This document shows positions 9,548 through 19,685 of a stretch of 64,000 nt of DNA, in pieces. The notes under the pieces are model-generated. The model worked only from the letters and a program-made list of their open reading frames with translations. It ran no database searches and was not told the origin of the DNA. Positions within the stretch are counted from its first letter, which is position 1, and each line of letters starts with the position of its first letter. Source of the DNA: an uncultured delta proteobacterium (lineage in GTDB: Bacteria > Desulfobacterota > Syntrophorhabdia > Syntrophorhabdales > WCHB1-27). Location of the stretch: NCBI GenBank assembly GCA_963810935.1, contig CAWEPK010000008.1:128001-192000 (forward strand), given 5' to 3'. The translations under genes were made by a program, and so were the position numbers.

Positions 9548-10314
9548 TTAGAATTTCCGGCCGATGATCATTTTGAGAACGAGGCCGTCGGACGCATGGG
9601 TGAGACCCACGCCCGCGCCGAAATTGAGGTCCCATGAAGGCACCAGCCCCAGGTCGATAACGGAGAAAAGCTGGTGCTGCTGGTCACGGCCCGCATCAAA
9701 GCTTTGTAGCGGCCCGAAGAAAGAGTAGTACTCGAAGCCAAGGGCTACCTTCGGCACGACGTCGTAGCTACCCTTGAAGCCTTGGCTGAACTCGAAGCCG
9801 CGATAGGTGTTCTTGCCGCTGATGGCATGGACAAACTCCGGGTTGGCTGCGAAATACCACCGGCCAAACCGCTTGTCGATGATAGGGACGATGTCGAGGG
9901 TAACCTTGTCCTCGGAAAAGGCGCGGCGCTGGTACGTGACTGCGGTCCCGAAGCCCAGGCCCACGGGCAGGCCCCAACTCTCCGGCGCGCGCACGCGTGG
10001 GAAGATGCGCTCCCCGACCCACTGGCCGTCCATGCCGGGCTGCACGGTCGCCGCACTATATAATGCGCACTCGAACCACGACGAAAAGCCGTAGGCGACC
10101 TCAAGGCTTTCATTGAGCACGTGCTGGTTGGGCAGGACGCCGTCAACCTTCCGCGTAGTGCCGCTGATCGCCATATTGCTGTGCAGGTCGATATCCGCGT
10201 GTCCTGCCTCGGCAATCTCCGAGGGATGAACAACGATCTCGAAATTGCTTTCCGAAGAATAGGCGGCGACGGGCAGAAAAATGAAGAGCGCCAACAGGAA
10301 GCCGGTCCTTACAT
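9548..10314 (-). CDS. Putative outer-membrane beta-barrel protein; start uncertain
   Basis: Signal-like segment GFLLALFIFLPVAAYS, amphipathic beta strands, C-terminal Phe (GRKF); ATG at 10314 is out of frame (possible indel). Confidence 0.65.
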
Positions 10315-10343
10315 CTTTTGACGACGTCCGGGTTCCGGGATTA

Positions 10344-11513
10344 TCAGAGGCCACGCAGCCAGACCGAGAGCCTTTCGCACCCATCCTGAAGCATATCGAG
10401 CCTGTTGGCATATGAGAAGCGCACGTGCGCGCCCGCCCGGTATGCGCCGAAGTCGTAGCCCGGTGTAATGGCCACTTTTGCCTCTTTAAGCGCTCTTTGG
10501 ACGAACTCCATGCTGTCGAGCCGCCACCTCTCGATGCCGGCATAGATATAAAAGGCGCCCTCAGGCCAGGCCCGAACGTCGAAACCAAGCTCTTTAAGCT
10601 TCGGGTAGAGGAAAGCCCGCCTTTCACGGTAGGTATCTTTCATCGCCTCGATGTCGGAAACGGCATCGAAGGCGTCGAGTGCCGCATATTGGGCTATCGT
10701 AGACGCGGATATAAAGACGTTCTGCGCCACCTTCTGTATCGGACGCACGAGCCACGGGGGCACCACGAGCCAGCCGAGCCGCCAGCCCGTCATGGCAAAT
10801 GACTTCGAGAAACCGTCGATCAATACAATCTCGTCCGATACGGTGAGGGCCGACGGGAATTTCCCGTCATACGTAAGTCCCGAATAAATCTCGTCGACGG
10901 CGAGGCAGTCGCCCTTTGCAGCAACCGAGGCGGCAAGGCGCGACAATGACTCCGCGCTGTAGATACTCCCTGTCGGGTTCGAGGGGCTGCATATCATCAG
11001 CATATGGGGCTCAGCCCCGCACGCTTCGATCTGCGCGGGCGTAACCTCAAACCGCGTCTCCTCGGAGACGGGAAGCGAAATGACGCGCGCGTCGAAGAGC
11101 GTGCCGAAATTGCGATAGCAGGGGTAGCCGGGGTCCGAGACGAGGAGGTTCCTGCTCGCGTCAAGCAGGACGGCGCACAAAAGAAAAAATGCGCCGGACG
11201 TGCCGTTCGTTATGATGATCCTGTCCGCAGGCACCCGGACGCCGTAGGATTCCTGGTAATGGGCGGCAATGCGCTCGCGCAGGGCGGGAAGGCCCAGGCT
11301 GTGAGAATAGAAGGTGCGCCCTTCTTCGATGGCCCTCACCCCCGCCTGCCTTATCGAAGGAGGCGTTGTGAAATCTGGCTCCCCTATCTCCATGTGGACG
11401 ATATTCTCGCCACGCGCCTCCATTTCCTGCGCCTGCTCGGAAAGCTCCACCACGTAGAAGGGCGTAATCTTCCCCGCCCGCTCGGTGCATCCAAGAAATT
11501 TCTGCTCTGACAT
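10344..11513 (-). CDS. Class I/II PLP-dependent aminotransferase
   Basis: IGEPDF, SPSNPTG, DEIY, FSKSFAMTGWRLG. Confidence 0.93.
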   Translation of the reverse strand: MSEQKFLGCTERAGKITPFYVVELSEQAQEMEARGENIVHMEIGEPDFTTPPSIRQAGVRAIEEGRTFYSHSLGLPALRERIAAHYQESYGVRVPADRIIITNGTSGAFFLLCAVLLDASRNLLVSDPGYPCYRNFGTLFDARVISLPVSEETRFEVTPAQIEACGAEPHMLMICSPSNPTGSIYSAESLSRLAASVAAKGDCLAVDEIYSGLTYDGKFPSALTVSDEIVLIDGFSKSFAMTGWRLGWLVVPPWLVRPIQKVAQNVFISASTIAQYAALDAFDAVSDIEAMKDTYRERRAFLYPKLKELGFDVRAWPEGAFYIYAGIERWRLDSMEFVQRALKEAKVAITPGYDFGAYRAGAHVRFSYANRLDMLQDGCERLSVWLRGL

Positions 11514-11576
11514 GTCAGTAATTTACCACAACCCGCGCGGAAGCGGCAAGGGAGAGCCAATTGGTCTGGTGTAACG

Positions 11577-12108
11577 TCAAGGCGCGTCTACGCGCTTCAT
11601 AGCCCCTTTCAGGTATTTTGCGGCAAGGCCCATGTACCGACTCGACTGCGCCCTTCCAGAATTCCTTTTCAGTCTCCCTCACCTCGCGCAGCCTTTTCGC
11701 GGGGTTTCCCGCGACGACGACTGAAGGCGGTATCTTCCCGCCCTGCACGACAACTGCCCCTTCCGCCACGACCGTCCCGGCCCCGACATCAACCGCCAGG
11801 CTCAATATCGCGCCCATGCCTATGGCGCACGATTCGCCCACGCTCGTCGCGTGAATGATCGCGCCGTGACCGACGATCACGTGCGCCCCTATCCGGCAGG
11901 ACCCCAGCGGGGGCGCGTGGACTATAACGCCTTCTTCTATCGCGGTCCCGTCGCCTATCTCGATAACACCGTAATCGGCCCTGATTATCGCTCCGTGGCC
12001 GATATAGCAGTCTTTCCCGGTCCTGACGTCGCCTATGACGGCCGCAGTCTCGCTTACATACGTCCCCTCCCCTATGAAAGGCCGCCTTCCCTCGAACGCA
12101 TAAAGCAT
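11577..12108 (-). CDS. Gamma-carbonic anhydrase family protein (PaaY/YrdA-like); +1 frameshift near 11640
   Basis: Hexapeptide repeats, IRADYG, VGHGAIIH, GNPAK; the shifted frame restores the typical tail RYMGLAAKYLKG...TGA. Confidence 0.85.
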
Positions 12109-12145
12109 TCTTTCTCCTCCATTCAGTGCGACAGTCTGCGACAGG

Positions 12146-12832
12146 TCAGTGCAGCGAGCCGGTGCCGGACGAAAGGGCTTCCAGCTTACCCCTGTCGAGT
12201 ATTTTGATTCTTCGCCCGTCTACCTCTATGATCGCGTCGCTCGTCATCTTGCCGAGTGTGCGGGAAACCGTCTCTGGCATCGTCCCGAGCACGTTGGCAA
12301 GGAGCGCCTTCGGTATGTCGAGCTGCACTATGGCGGCGCCGTTATCGCGGTCGCTCAGGTAAATAAGATAGGAAGCGAGCCTGCCGGGCGCCTCCCTGAG
12401 AGAGAGTTGCTCGACAAGCCCGGCAAACTGCCTGAGGCGCTGGGAAAGCAGCGCCAGCATATTCATTGCGAATGACGGGTCCTCCCTTATGAGGCCGATG
12501 AACGCGGCGCCGGGAAGGAAGAGGAGACGGCTTTCCTCGATGGCCTGTGCGTGGGCCGGGAACCTGCCGCCCGCAAAGACGGGCACCTCGCCGAAAGGTT
12601 CCTGAAACCCCATAATGTGTAAAACCTGCTCCCTGCCGTCCGCCGACAGCTTGAATATCTTCACCCGCCCCGTCATGGGTATGTAAAACCCGTCCGCCGG
12701 GTCTCCGTCGGAAAAAACGGCCTCGCCGCGCCTGTACTTCCGGCTTTCGGCGATACCGGCTATCTTCTCTATCTGGCCGTCCGGAAGACCCTGGAAGAGC
12801 GGCACGTTGGCGATAAAGGACACGATATCCAT
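12146..12832 (-). CDS. hcpR: Crp/Fnr family regulator, HcpR-like
   Basis: cNMP-binding domain (FGEVPVF) and HTH LANVLGTMPETVSR; divergent from hcp. Confidence 0.85.
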   Translation of the reverse strand: MDIVSFIANVPLFQGLPDGQIEKIAGIAESRKYRRGEAVFSDGDPADGFYIPMTGRVKIFKLSADGREQVLHIMGFQEPFGEVPVFAGGRFPAHAQAIEESRLLFLPGAAFIGLIREDPSFAMNMLALLSQRLRQFAGLVEQLSLREAPGRLASYLIYLSDRDNGAAIVQLDIPKALLANVLGTMPETVSRTLGKMTSDAIIEVDGRRIKILDRGKLEALSSGTGSLH

Positions 12833-12891
12833 AAACCGTTTTTACCACAGGTCGCCGGCCGTGCACAAGCGCAGCCGCCCTTTACGCGAAT

Positions 12892-12909
12892 CCTTGACCT
12901 GCATCAAGG
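12892..12909. promoter_or_regulatory. Crp/Fnr-type (HcpR) operator
   Basis: Palindrome CCTTGA-CCTGCA-TCAAGG (TTGAC-N4-ATCAA) between divergent hcpR and hcp. Confidence 0.8.
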
Positions 12910-12977
12910 TCTTTTAGAACCGCGATGTTTACAATAACTATACTAAGCTCGTGAAAATTCAATGAAAGGGGGAATAT

Positions 12978-14615
12978 ATGTTTTGTTACCAGTGTGAGCA
13001 AACCGCCAAGGGTGAAGGATGCACGGTGATGGGCGTGTGCGGCAAATCCCATGAGATAGCCAGCCTCCAGGACCTGCTCGTCGAGGCGCTGAAGGGCCTG
13101 GCCCTGTTTGCCGTGGAAGGCAGAAAAGTAGGCGTTGTAGATAACGACGTCAACATATTCACCTTCAACGCGCTTTTTTCGACGCTTACCAACGTCAACT
13201 ACGACGCGGAAAGGTTCGTCGACTACGTGCGCGAGGCCGTCCATCTGAGGGACAGGCTCAAGCGGGAAAGTGGCGGCGGCGGGCGGAAAGACGGATTTCT
13301 CCGAAAGCTGCGCGACCCTGAAACCCGCATCGACCGAAAGCCGAGATGGTGAAGCAGGGCGAGGACTTGCGGCTGATGTCCGGGCCGTCGAGCGACCGCG
13401 ACATCCGGTCGCTCCAGCATACGCTCCTGTTCGGCCTTAAAGGGATATCCGCCTACGCCGAGCATGCGGCGATACTTGGTAAGAAGGACGATGCGATCCC
13501 CGCGTTCATCCATGAGGCGCTTGCAGCGATCGCGCGCAACGACGCGGCGATGGGAGTCAACGAATGGGTCGGCCTCGTACTCAAATGCGGCCAGGTTAAC
13601 TTGCGGACTATGGAAGTCCTCGACGCTGCCAATACGGGCGTCTACGGCAACCCTGTGCCTACGCGCGTGCCGCTCGGCACGCAGGAAAGGCCATGCGATC
13701 CTCGTCTCCGGCCACGACCTGAAGGACCTCGAAGAGGTGCTCAAGCAGAGCGAGGGCAAAGGCATCTACGTCTATACCCACGGCGAGATGCTCCCCACCC
13801 ACGGTTATCCCGAATTGAAGAAGTACCCCCATTTCTACGGCCACTTCGGGACTGCATGGCAGAACCAGATGAAGGAATTCCCGCAGTTCCCCGGCGCGAT
13901 CCTGCTCACCACTAACTGCCTGATGCGCGTGCAGCAGGCATATCAGGACAATATCTTTACGCGCGGCCCGGTGGGCTGGCCGGGCGTCCAGCACCTCGAG
14001 AGCAGGGATTTCACCGCCCTGATCCAGAAGGCGCTCGCTATGCCGGGCTTCACCGAAGACAAAAACGGCAAGTCCGTAATGACCGGCTTCGGGCACGAGA
14101 CGGTAATGGGCGTAGCCGGAAAGGTGATAGAGGCGGTCAAGGGCAAGCAAATCCGCCGCTTCTTCCTCGTCGCAGGCTGCGACGGCGCGAAGCCGGGGCG
14201 CAACTACTATACGGAGTTCGTCGAGAAGGTGCCGAAGGACTGTGTGGTCCTCACGCTCGCCTGCGGCAAGTTCCGTTTCTTCGACAAGGATCTGGGCGAT
14301 ATCGGCGGCATCCCCAGGCTGCTCGACGTAGGCCAGTGCAACGACGCCTATTCGGCGATCAGGATCGCCCAGGCTCTGGCGGACGCGTTCGGCATCGGCG
14401 TGAACGACCTGCCCCTCTCGTTCGTTCTCTCGTGGTACGAGCAGAAGGCCGTTGCCATTCTTCTGACGCTGCTCTATCTCGGCATTAAGAACATGCGCCT
14501 CGGGCCGTCATTACCCGCCTTCCTCTCCCCCAACGTCCTCGATCTGCTGGTCAAGAACTATGATATAAAGCCTATCGGGACAGCGGAGGGAGACCTGAAG
14601 GCGATATTAGGGTAA
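12978..14615 (+). CDS. hcp: Hybrid cluster protein (hydroxylamine/NO reductase), split by three apparent +1 insertions (~13263, ~13336, ~13682)
   Basis: [70 protein letters not shown]; removing 3 bases gives ~544 aa. Confidence 0.95.
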
Positions 14616-14644
14616 GGCGCTTGACTCGGTAAGGAGAAATTAGG

Positions 14645-14948
14645 ATGAAATGCCCAGGACAGGACATGCGCTACTGGAAGCCGGGCGACATTTACGAGAT
14701 CGCCTGCCCTGCTTGCGGCCGAGCCGTCGAATTCTTCAAGGACGAGACGACAAGGCGCTGCAAGGGCTGCCACCAAATAGTGGCGAACCCCAGGATCGAT
14801 TTCGGATGCGCTGCCTACTGCGAACACGCTGCCGCCTGCCTGGGCGAGATAGGGCCGGAGCTGGCCGCGCTGCGCGAGGGGCCGGCTGCGGCCGCCCCCC
14901 GGAGGGCTGCTGTGCAACCTCCACCGCAAGGAGAAAAAAAGAGAATGA
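14645..14948 (+). CDS. Small Cys-rich zinc-ribbon protein (in frame with the next gene as assembled)
   Basis: MKCPGQD.RYW, CPAC, EFFKDE..RRCKGC, DFGCAAYCEHAAAC. Confidence 0.65.
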
Positions 14949-15706
14949 AGGTTCAAAGAAAGATTATCGAGATAGACGAGGACCGCTGTACCGGGTGCGG
15001 AGAGTGCGTCAGCGCGTGCGCGGAGGGCGCGCTTGCGATAGTCGACGGCAAGGCGCGGCTCGTGTCCGATAATTACTGCGACGGCCTGGGCGCCTGCCTG
15101 GGCGAATGTCCTGAAGGGGCGTTAAAGGTAACGGAACGGGAGTCAGAAGTCTTCGACGCGCAGGCCGTCGAAGAGCACGCCAGGGCAACGGCCGCAGTTG
15201 CCGCAGGCGCTGCCGGGCCTGCGGCCGCCATGCCCTGCGGGTGTCCGTCGAGCGATGTCCGGGTCTTCCCTTCATCGATGCTTACCGGCGTAAGGCAGGA
15301 GGTCGCCTCCGGGCGGGGCGGCGCCGCCGAAGAGCTGCCTTCTGCGCTCGGCCACTGGCCGGTGCAGATAAAGCTCATCCCCGCAGACGCCGCCTTCCTC
15401 AAAGGGGCGGACCTGCTCGTCGCAGCCGATTGCACGCCGCTGGCCTACGCGGGCTTCCACAGGGACCTGCTGCCCGGGAAGGCGGTCATGCTCGGCTGCC
15501 CCAAGTTCGACGACGTCGCGGAGTATACGTCGAAGTTCACGGATATTTTCAAGACCGCCGGCATCCGCAGCATTACCGTCGTCGAAATGGAGGTCCCCTG
15601 CTGCTCCCGCCTGCCCGCCCTTATAAAAACCGCCTTACTGCGCGCAGGCAAAGAGATCCCCATCCAGCAGATCGTCATAAGCCGGACGGGGAAGATAATC
15701 CATTAA
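14945..15706 (+). CDS. 4Fe-4S ferredoxin-domain protein of the kind often found beside hcp
   Basis: Own AGGAG RBS; CTGCGECVSAC, CDGLGACLGECP, WPVQIKL, ADC, GCPKFDD, MEVPCC. Confidence 0.85.
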   Translation: MKVQRKIIEIDEDRCTGCGECVSACAEGALAIVDGKARLVSDNYCDGLGACLGECPEGALKVTERESEVFDAQAVEEHARATAAVAAGAAGPAAAMPCGCPSSDVRVFPSSMLTGVRQEVASGRGGAAEELPSALGHWPVQIKLIPADAAFLKGADLLVAADCTPLAYAGFHRDLLPGKAVMLGCPKFDDVAEYTSKFTDIFKTAGIRSITVVEMEVPCCSRLPALIKTALLRAGKEIPIQQIVISRTGKIIH

Positions 15707-15795
15707 GCAGATACCACTCACCCCCAGAGGGAGAGGGCCACAATTGCCGCTCAATGTCTTGATATTTGGGGGGTTTTGTGTGATAATAGGCCCCT

Positions 15796-16419
15796 ATGGG
15801 CCTACTCCGCCTCCTTTTCAGCGACCCGGCAACGTTTATACTGCTGGTCATCCCGCTGCTCTATTCCGTCATCATCCATGAAATGGCCCACGGCTGGGTC
15901 GCGGACAAAATGGGCGACTCCACGGCCCGGTGGCTCGGCAGGCTTAGCTTCAACCCGATGCGCCACCTGGACCCCATCGGAACGATCATGTTGTTTGTGT
16001 TCGGTTTCGGCTGGGCGAAGCCCGTCCCTGTGAACTTCAACAATCTGAGGAACTACAGGAGGGGCCTCATATTCGTCTCGGCCGCAGGCATCGTGGCCAA
16101 CATACTGCTCGCTTTTCTCGCGATGCTCGTGCTGTCAACAGTGCACTTCAGCCTGTTCAGCCCCATGTCGAGGGGGCTTCAATACCTGGCACAGATAAAC
16201 ATCATGCTTGCTTCTTTTAACCTGATCCCGATACCGCCTCTCGACGGATCGAAGATCCTGATGGGCTTCTCATCAAGGAATTTCCAGTATACGCTTGCAA
16301 GGCTGGAGCCTTACGGGTTCTTCGTCATCATAGCGCTCCTCTACCTCGGCGTCCTGGATCCCCTGATCTCGTTCTTTCAATGGCTCATCATGACGCTGAT
16401 CGGCCTGATAATAGGATAA
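15796..16419 (+). CDS. Site-2 protease (M50) family
   Basis: HEMAH, GWAKPVP, FNLIPIPPLDGS, multiple TM helices. Confidence 0.92.
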   Translation: MGLLRLLFSDPATFILLVIPLLYSVIIHEMAHGWVADKMGDSTARWLGRLSFNPMRHLDPIGTIMLFVFGFGWAKPVPVNFNNLRNYRRGLIFVSAAGIVANILLAFLAMLVLSTVHFSLFSPMSRGLQYLAQINIMLASFNLIPIPPLDGSKILMGFSSRNFQYTLARLEPYGFFVIIALLYLGVLDPLISFFQWLIMTLIGLIIG

Positions 16420-16429
16420 TCTCCGACTC

Positions 16430-16714
16430 CTACCTCAATCCTTCAGCCACTTCCGATTTTACCTCCTCTTTCTTCTGCTGGAATACCTCGGCCCCTTTCT
16501 GCATGGCCGTAGAGATACGTCCCTTGGCCTGGTCATAGTAACCGCCGGCCTTCTCCTTTGCATCCTGGGCTATGTCCTTGATATGCTCCCTCGTCTGGCG
16601 CCCCGACTTGGGCGCGAAGAGCAGGGCCGCGGCCGCCCCGAGCAATCCACCGAGTATGAACGCCAGAAACCACGATCCGCTGCTCGACTCCAATTCGCTC
16701 TCCTCGTACTTCAT
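16430..16714 (-). CDS. YtxH domain protein
   Basis: FILGGLLGAAAALLFAPKSGRQTRE. Confidence 0.9.
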   Translation of the reverse strand: MKYEESELESSSGSWFLAFILGGLLGAAAALLFAPKSGRQTREHIKDIAQDAKEKAGGYYDQAKGRISTAMQKGAEVFQQKKEEVKSEVAEGLR

Positions 16715-16776
16715 GCTCTTCCTCCTTTGCGTTTGCGCTGCATGTTGTATGTTGCCGCGTCACCCGTAAGCGAACG

Positions 16777-17187
16777 CTACTCCGGCTTGAGCAGGTTCTT
16801 GACGAAGGTCTCGAAACCCGTCTTGAGCCCAGCCCGCAGGCCGCACACCGACGCCACTGTTTCCGACCCAAGGCCCTGGACGGCCTTGCCTATATCCCGC
16901 ACGCTGTCCGCCACTTCCAGCACGGCCTTCCCTGCATCCTTGAACGACCCGGTAAGGGCCTTCACGTCGCCTGCCGTGCCGCCCACGGTGTCTGTAATGA
17001 CCCGAAAGCTCCTAAGGCTCTCGTTGACCTCTCCTGCGACCCCTTTAAGGGTCCGGTCCGTTGTTTCCAGGAATTCTTCAACCGATGCTGCCGTTTCCGA
17101 CAGCTTCGTGGCTAACCGCACCACGAAGATTACGATCACAACGACCGCCGCCGTTATTATGCCGAGAAACACCTCGTTGATTGTCAT
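16777..17187 (-). CDS. DUF948/YoxC-like membrane-anchored coiled-coil protein
   Basis: RBS GGAGG, N-terminal TM helix then heptad helix; directly upstream of ytxH. Confidence 0.7.
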   Translation of the reverse strand: MTINEVFLGIITAAVVVIVIFVVRLATKLSETAASVEEFLETTDRTLKGVAGEVNESLRSFRVITDTVGGTAGDVKALTGSFKDAGKAVLEVADSVRDIGKAVQGLGSETVASVCGLRAGLKTGFETFVKNLLKPE

Positions 17188-17401
17188 CCCCGCCACCCCT
17201 CCCTTCAGGAAATTTAACCGCTCCGTAGCCGCCCGGCAACAATTATTCGGGCCGGACAACACCCTTTCTACAAAAATAACTATTTTCCGCTTCTATGTAA
17301 AGGGCGGACCCCGCCGTCAAGCCAAAAGGCAATTACGGCTGATTCTTGAAAACGGGGCACGAATGGATTATGGTAATGATCACTGGAGGAATTAAAACCG
17401 C

Positions 17402-18127
17402 ATGACGAAAATAACCGAATCGCTTTTCATGATACCCGGCCGCGACGAGATGATACCCGATGCCCATGTTTACCTGATCGGTAAGCCGGGGTCGGACGAC
17501 CTTTCGCTTGTCGATGCAGGGCTGATGGGCCACGGAGCGTACAAGCTGAAAGAGATCGCCGCCGATGGCGTGAAGCCCACGGATATAAAGCGGATAATCA
17601 TGACCCATACCCACCTGGACCATATCGGCTGCCTCAAGGAGCTGCTGGACGCCATGCCAAAAGCTGAGGTCTGGGTGCACGAGAACGAGGCGGGGCCGCT
17701 GGAGGCGGGCGACGACAGGACCGTCTACGGCATGGACATGTTCAAGCAGATGTGCCAGATGCAGTACCGCCTCAAAGAAGGGGATTTCAAGTTCAAGGTC
17801 GATAGATATCTCAAGGAAGGCGACGAGCTGAACCTGGACGGAGGGACATGGACTGTCCTGCACATACCCGGCCACTCGGCCGGCGGAATAGCGCTGTGGG
17901 ACGCTGTGAACGGTATTTTGATTCCGGGCGACGTCGTTTACGCGGATAACAGCATCGGGCGGTTCGACCTTCACGGCGCCGACGCCGGAGCGCTCGCCGC
18001 ATCGCTAACCAGACTCGGCGGCCTCGACGTAAAGGTGCTTCTGCCCGGCCATAACCGCATCGTCAAGAGCGTGCCCAAGGGCTACATTACGGCAGTGGCG
18101 CGGCAGTGGGCCCCTTATCTCAGGTAA
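17402..18127 (+). CDS. MBL-fold metallo-hydrolase
   Basis: THTHLDHIG, PGHSAG, GD, LLPGH. Confidence 0.92.
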   Translation: MTKITESLFMIPGRDEMIPDAHVYLIGKPGSDDLSLVDAGLMGHGAYKLKEIAADGVKPTDIKRIIMTHTHLDHIGCLKELLDAMPKAEVWVHENEAGPLEAGDDRTVYGMDMFKQMCQMQYRLKEGDFKFKVDRYLKEGDELNLDGGTWTVLHIPGHSAGGIALWDAVNGILIPGDVVYADNSIGRFDLHGADAGALAASLTRLGGLDVKVLLPGHNRIVKSVPKGYITAVARQWAPYLR

Positions 18128-18163
18128 CGAAACCCCCGGCCCACCTCGTTCCAGGGGTTTCGT
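18127..18163. terminator. Hairpin between convergent genes
   Basis: ACGAAACCCC...GGGGTTTCGT inverted repeat. Confidence 0.55.
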
Positions 18164-18164
18164 C

Positions 18165-18524
18165 TTAGCCCTTGCGGGCGTTCATTTCCGACTTTTCCTT
18201 TTCGTACGCTGCCCTGCCCGCGTCTATCGCGGCGGCCAGAAGCGGTTTCTGCTCCCTGACCAAGTCCCTGCCCCGGTCCAGCGTAGCGCCCATCATGCCC
18301 AGCAGCCGCCCGTAAGCGGAGCCTACTCTCTCCTTCGTCTCGTGCGACGCCTCCTGTAGCTGCCGCCTGGTCCTGTACCCGGACTGCGGCGTCAAAAGCA
18401 GCGCGGCCCCAGCCCCCAGCACGCACCCCAGCGCAAAGAAGATCGCCCGCGACATGGCGACGTGCCCCCTGTAGGCTATGTAATGCTCCGACCCTACGAC
18501 CGTGTATCCTTCTTCACCTGTCAT
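18165..18524 (-). CDS. Second YtxH domain protein
   Basis: FALGCVLGAGAALLLTPQSGYRTRRQL; tail AAIDAGRAAYEKEK. Confidence 0.85.
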   Translation of the reverse strand: MTGEEGYTVVGSEHYIAYRGHVAMSRAIFFALGCVLGAGAALLLTPQSGYRTRRQLQEASHETKERVGSAYGRLLGMMGATLDRGRDLVREQKPLLAAAIDAGRAAYEKEKSEMNARKG

Positions 18525-18593
18525 CTGAAGCCTCCTTGCTTTCAGTTTATCACAACCCGCGCGAGGCGCAAAATTATTGCGCCTGCGCCGCCG

Positions 18594-18728
18594 TCACCGG
18601 ACCAGCCCGAGCACGCCGGTCACAATCAGGTAAACGGCGACTATGAAGCTAAGGAGCCTTGGAATAAGGAGGATCAATATCCCGGCTATCAGTGTTATCA
18701 GGGGTTGAAGCGTCAGATGGATGTACAC
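18594..18728 (-). CDS. DUF3096-like small membrane protein (44 aa, not in ORF track)
   Basis: GGAGG RBS, GTG start: MYIHLTLQPLITLIAGILILLIPRLLSFIVAVYLIVTGVLGLVR. Confidence 0.8.
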   Translation of the reverse strand: MYIHLTLQPLITLIAGILILLIPRLLSFIVAVYLIVTGVLGLVR

Positions 18729-18778
18729 GAAGCCTCCGCGCCGGCAATGTCCCTGTAAATCGTTACCTTCCCGTCTTC

Positions 18779-18952
18779 TTATACGGGCGGCATAGGCGTC
18801 CGCCTCCCGAACAGCAAAGAGACGATGAAAAGTATAATGAAAACGAAGAACAGGATCTTAGCTATCCATATGGAAGTGCCCGCAATTCCGGTAAATCCGA
18901 ATATGCCGGCGATGATCGCAACTACGAGAAAAACTACCGCCCAGTAAAGCAT
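18779..18952 (-). CDS. DUF1328 (YtjA/UPF0391) small membrane protein (57 aa, not in ORF track)
   Basis: [67 protein letters not shown]. Confidence 0.9.
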   Translation of the reverse strand: MLYWAVVFLVVAIIAGIFGFTGIAGTSIWIAKILFFVFIILFIVSLLFGRRTPMPPV

Positions 18953-19062
18953 AGCCGCCTCCTTCGCTCATACGCCTGCCGGTCGGCGGCCGGCCCGGAG
19001 CACGTGTTTATCCGGCCCGGCCTCACCGCAGGCAACGGCTTGTACTCTCTTCTACCGGCCCG

Positions 19063-19440
19063 CTATATCAACCTGAGCAGGCGAAGTATAATGAGGGCCA
19101 GGACCACGATAATCAGGATAATGATTACAGCGGTCCCGCCGTCGCCGCCCACTTTGATATCGTCCACTTTGAGTGCTATCCGATGCAACTGCTCGTCAGT
19201 CAGCGTCGAGAGGCGGGATTGTACCTCCATGGGGCTGAAACCGAGCTGGACGAACTTGTCCGCAACCACTTTCATTTCGAGGAAGGACCGGACGCGCTGT
19301 AAGTCGGCCTCCCTGCTCTGCGTGGAGACGCCGGCAAGCTGGGAGGGAGTGAATCCCGCTCCGGCGCTCTGCGCCATACCTATGACGAACACGGCCACTA
19401 CGAGGTAGGAAATCAGCATACGCTTGCAGAACAGTCTCAT
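19063..19440 (-). CDS. PA2779-family protein
   Basis: Signal peptide; 'QLGFSPMEVQSRLSTLTDEQLHRIA...VGGDG' then a C-terminal TM helix. Confidence 0.75.
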   Translation of the reverse strand: MRLFCKRMLISYLVVAVFVIGMAQSAGAGFTPSQLAGVSTQSREADLQRVRSFLEMKVVADKFVQLGFSPMEVQSRLSTLTDEQLHRIALKVDDIKVGGDGGTAVIIILIIVVLALIILRLLRLI

Positions 19441-19685
19441 CCCTTCACCTCCGCAACATGATGATGATTATGAAAAGCCTAGTTTTAATATAGGTCGTCA
19501 AGTGCGGTAATCAAGATTCTCGAAATAAAGCGAAGACGCATCAGAAGGCAGATTGCTGCGCTCTGTCGGAGGGGAATGAAGATACTTGAATTAAAAGCGG
19601 GAAGCCCGGCCACAGCACCAGCGCAGCCCGCCGGGCGAAAGCCCCGTGGCCCGTTTGATACAAACCGAGGGCAATAACCGATTGC

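Noticed and set aside
12978..14615. hcp as a pseudogene or programmed frameshift
   Set aside because: Three +1 shifts without slippery sites, all ligand motifs intact, and the same error pattern throughout the window
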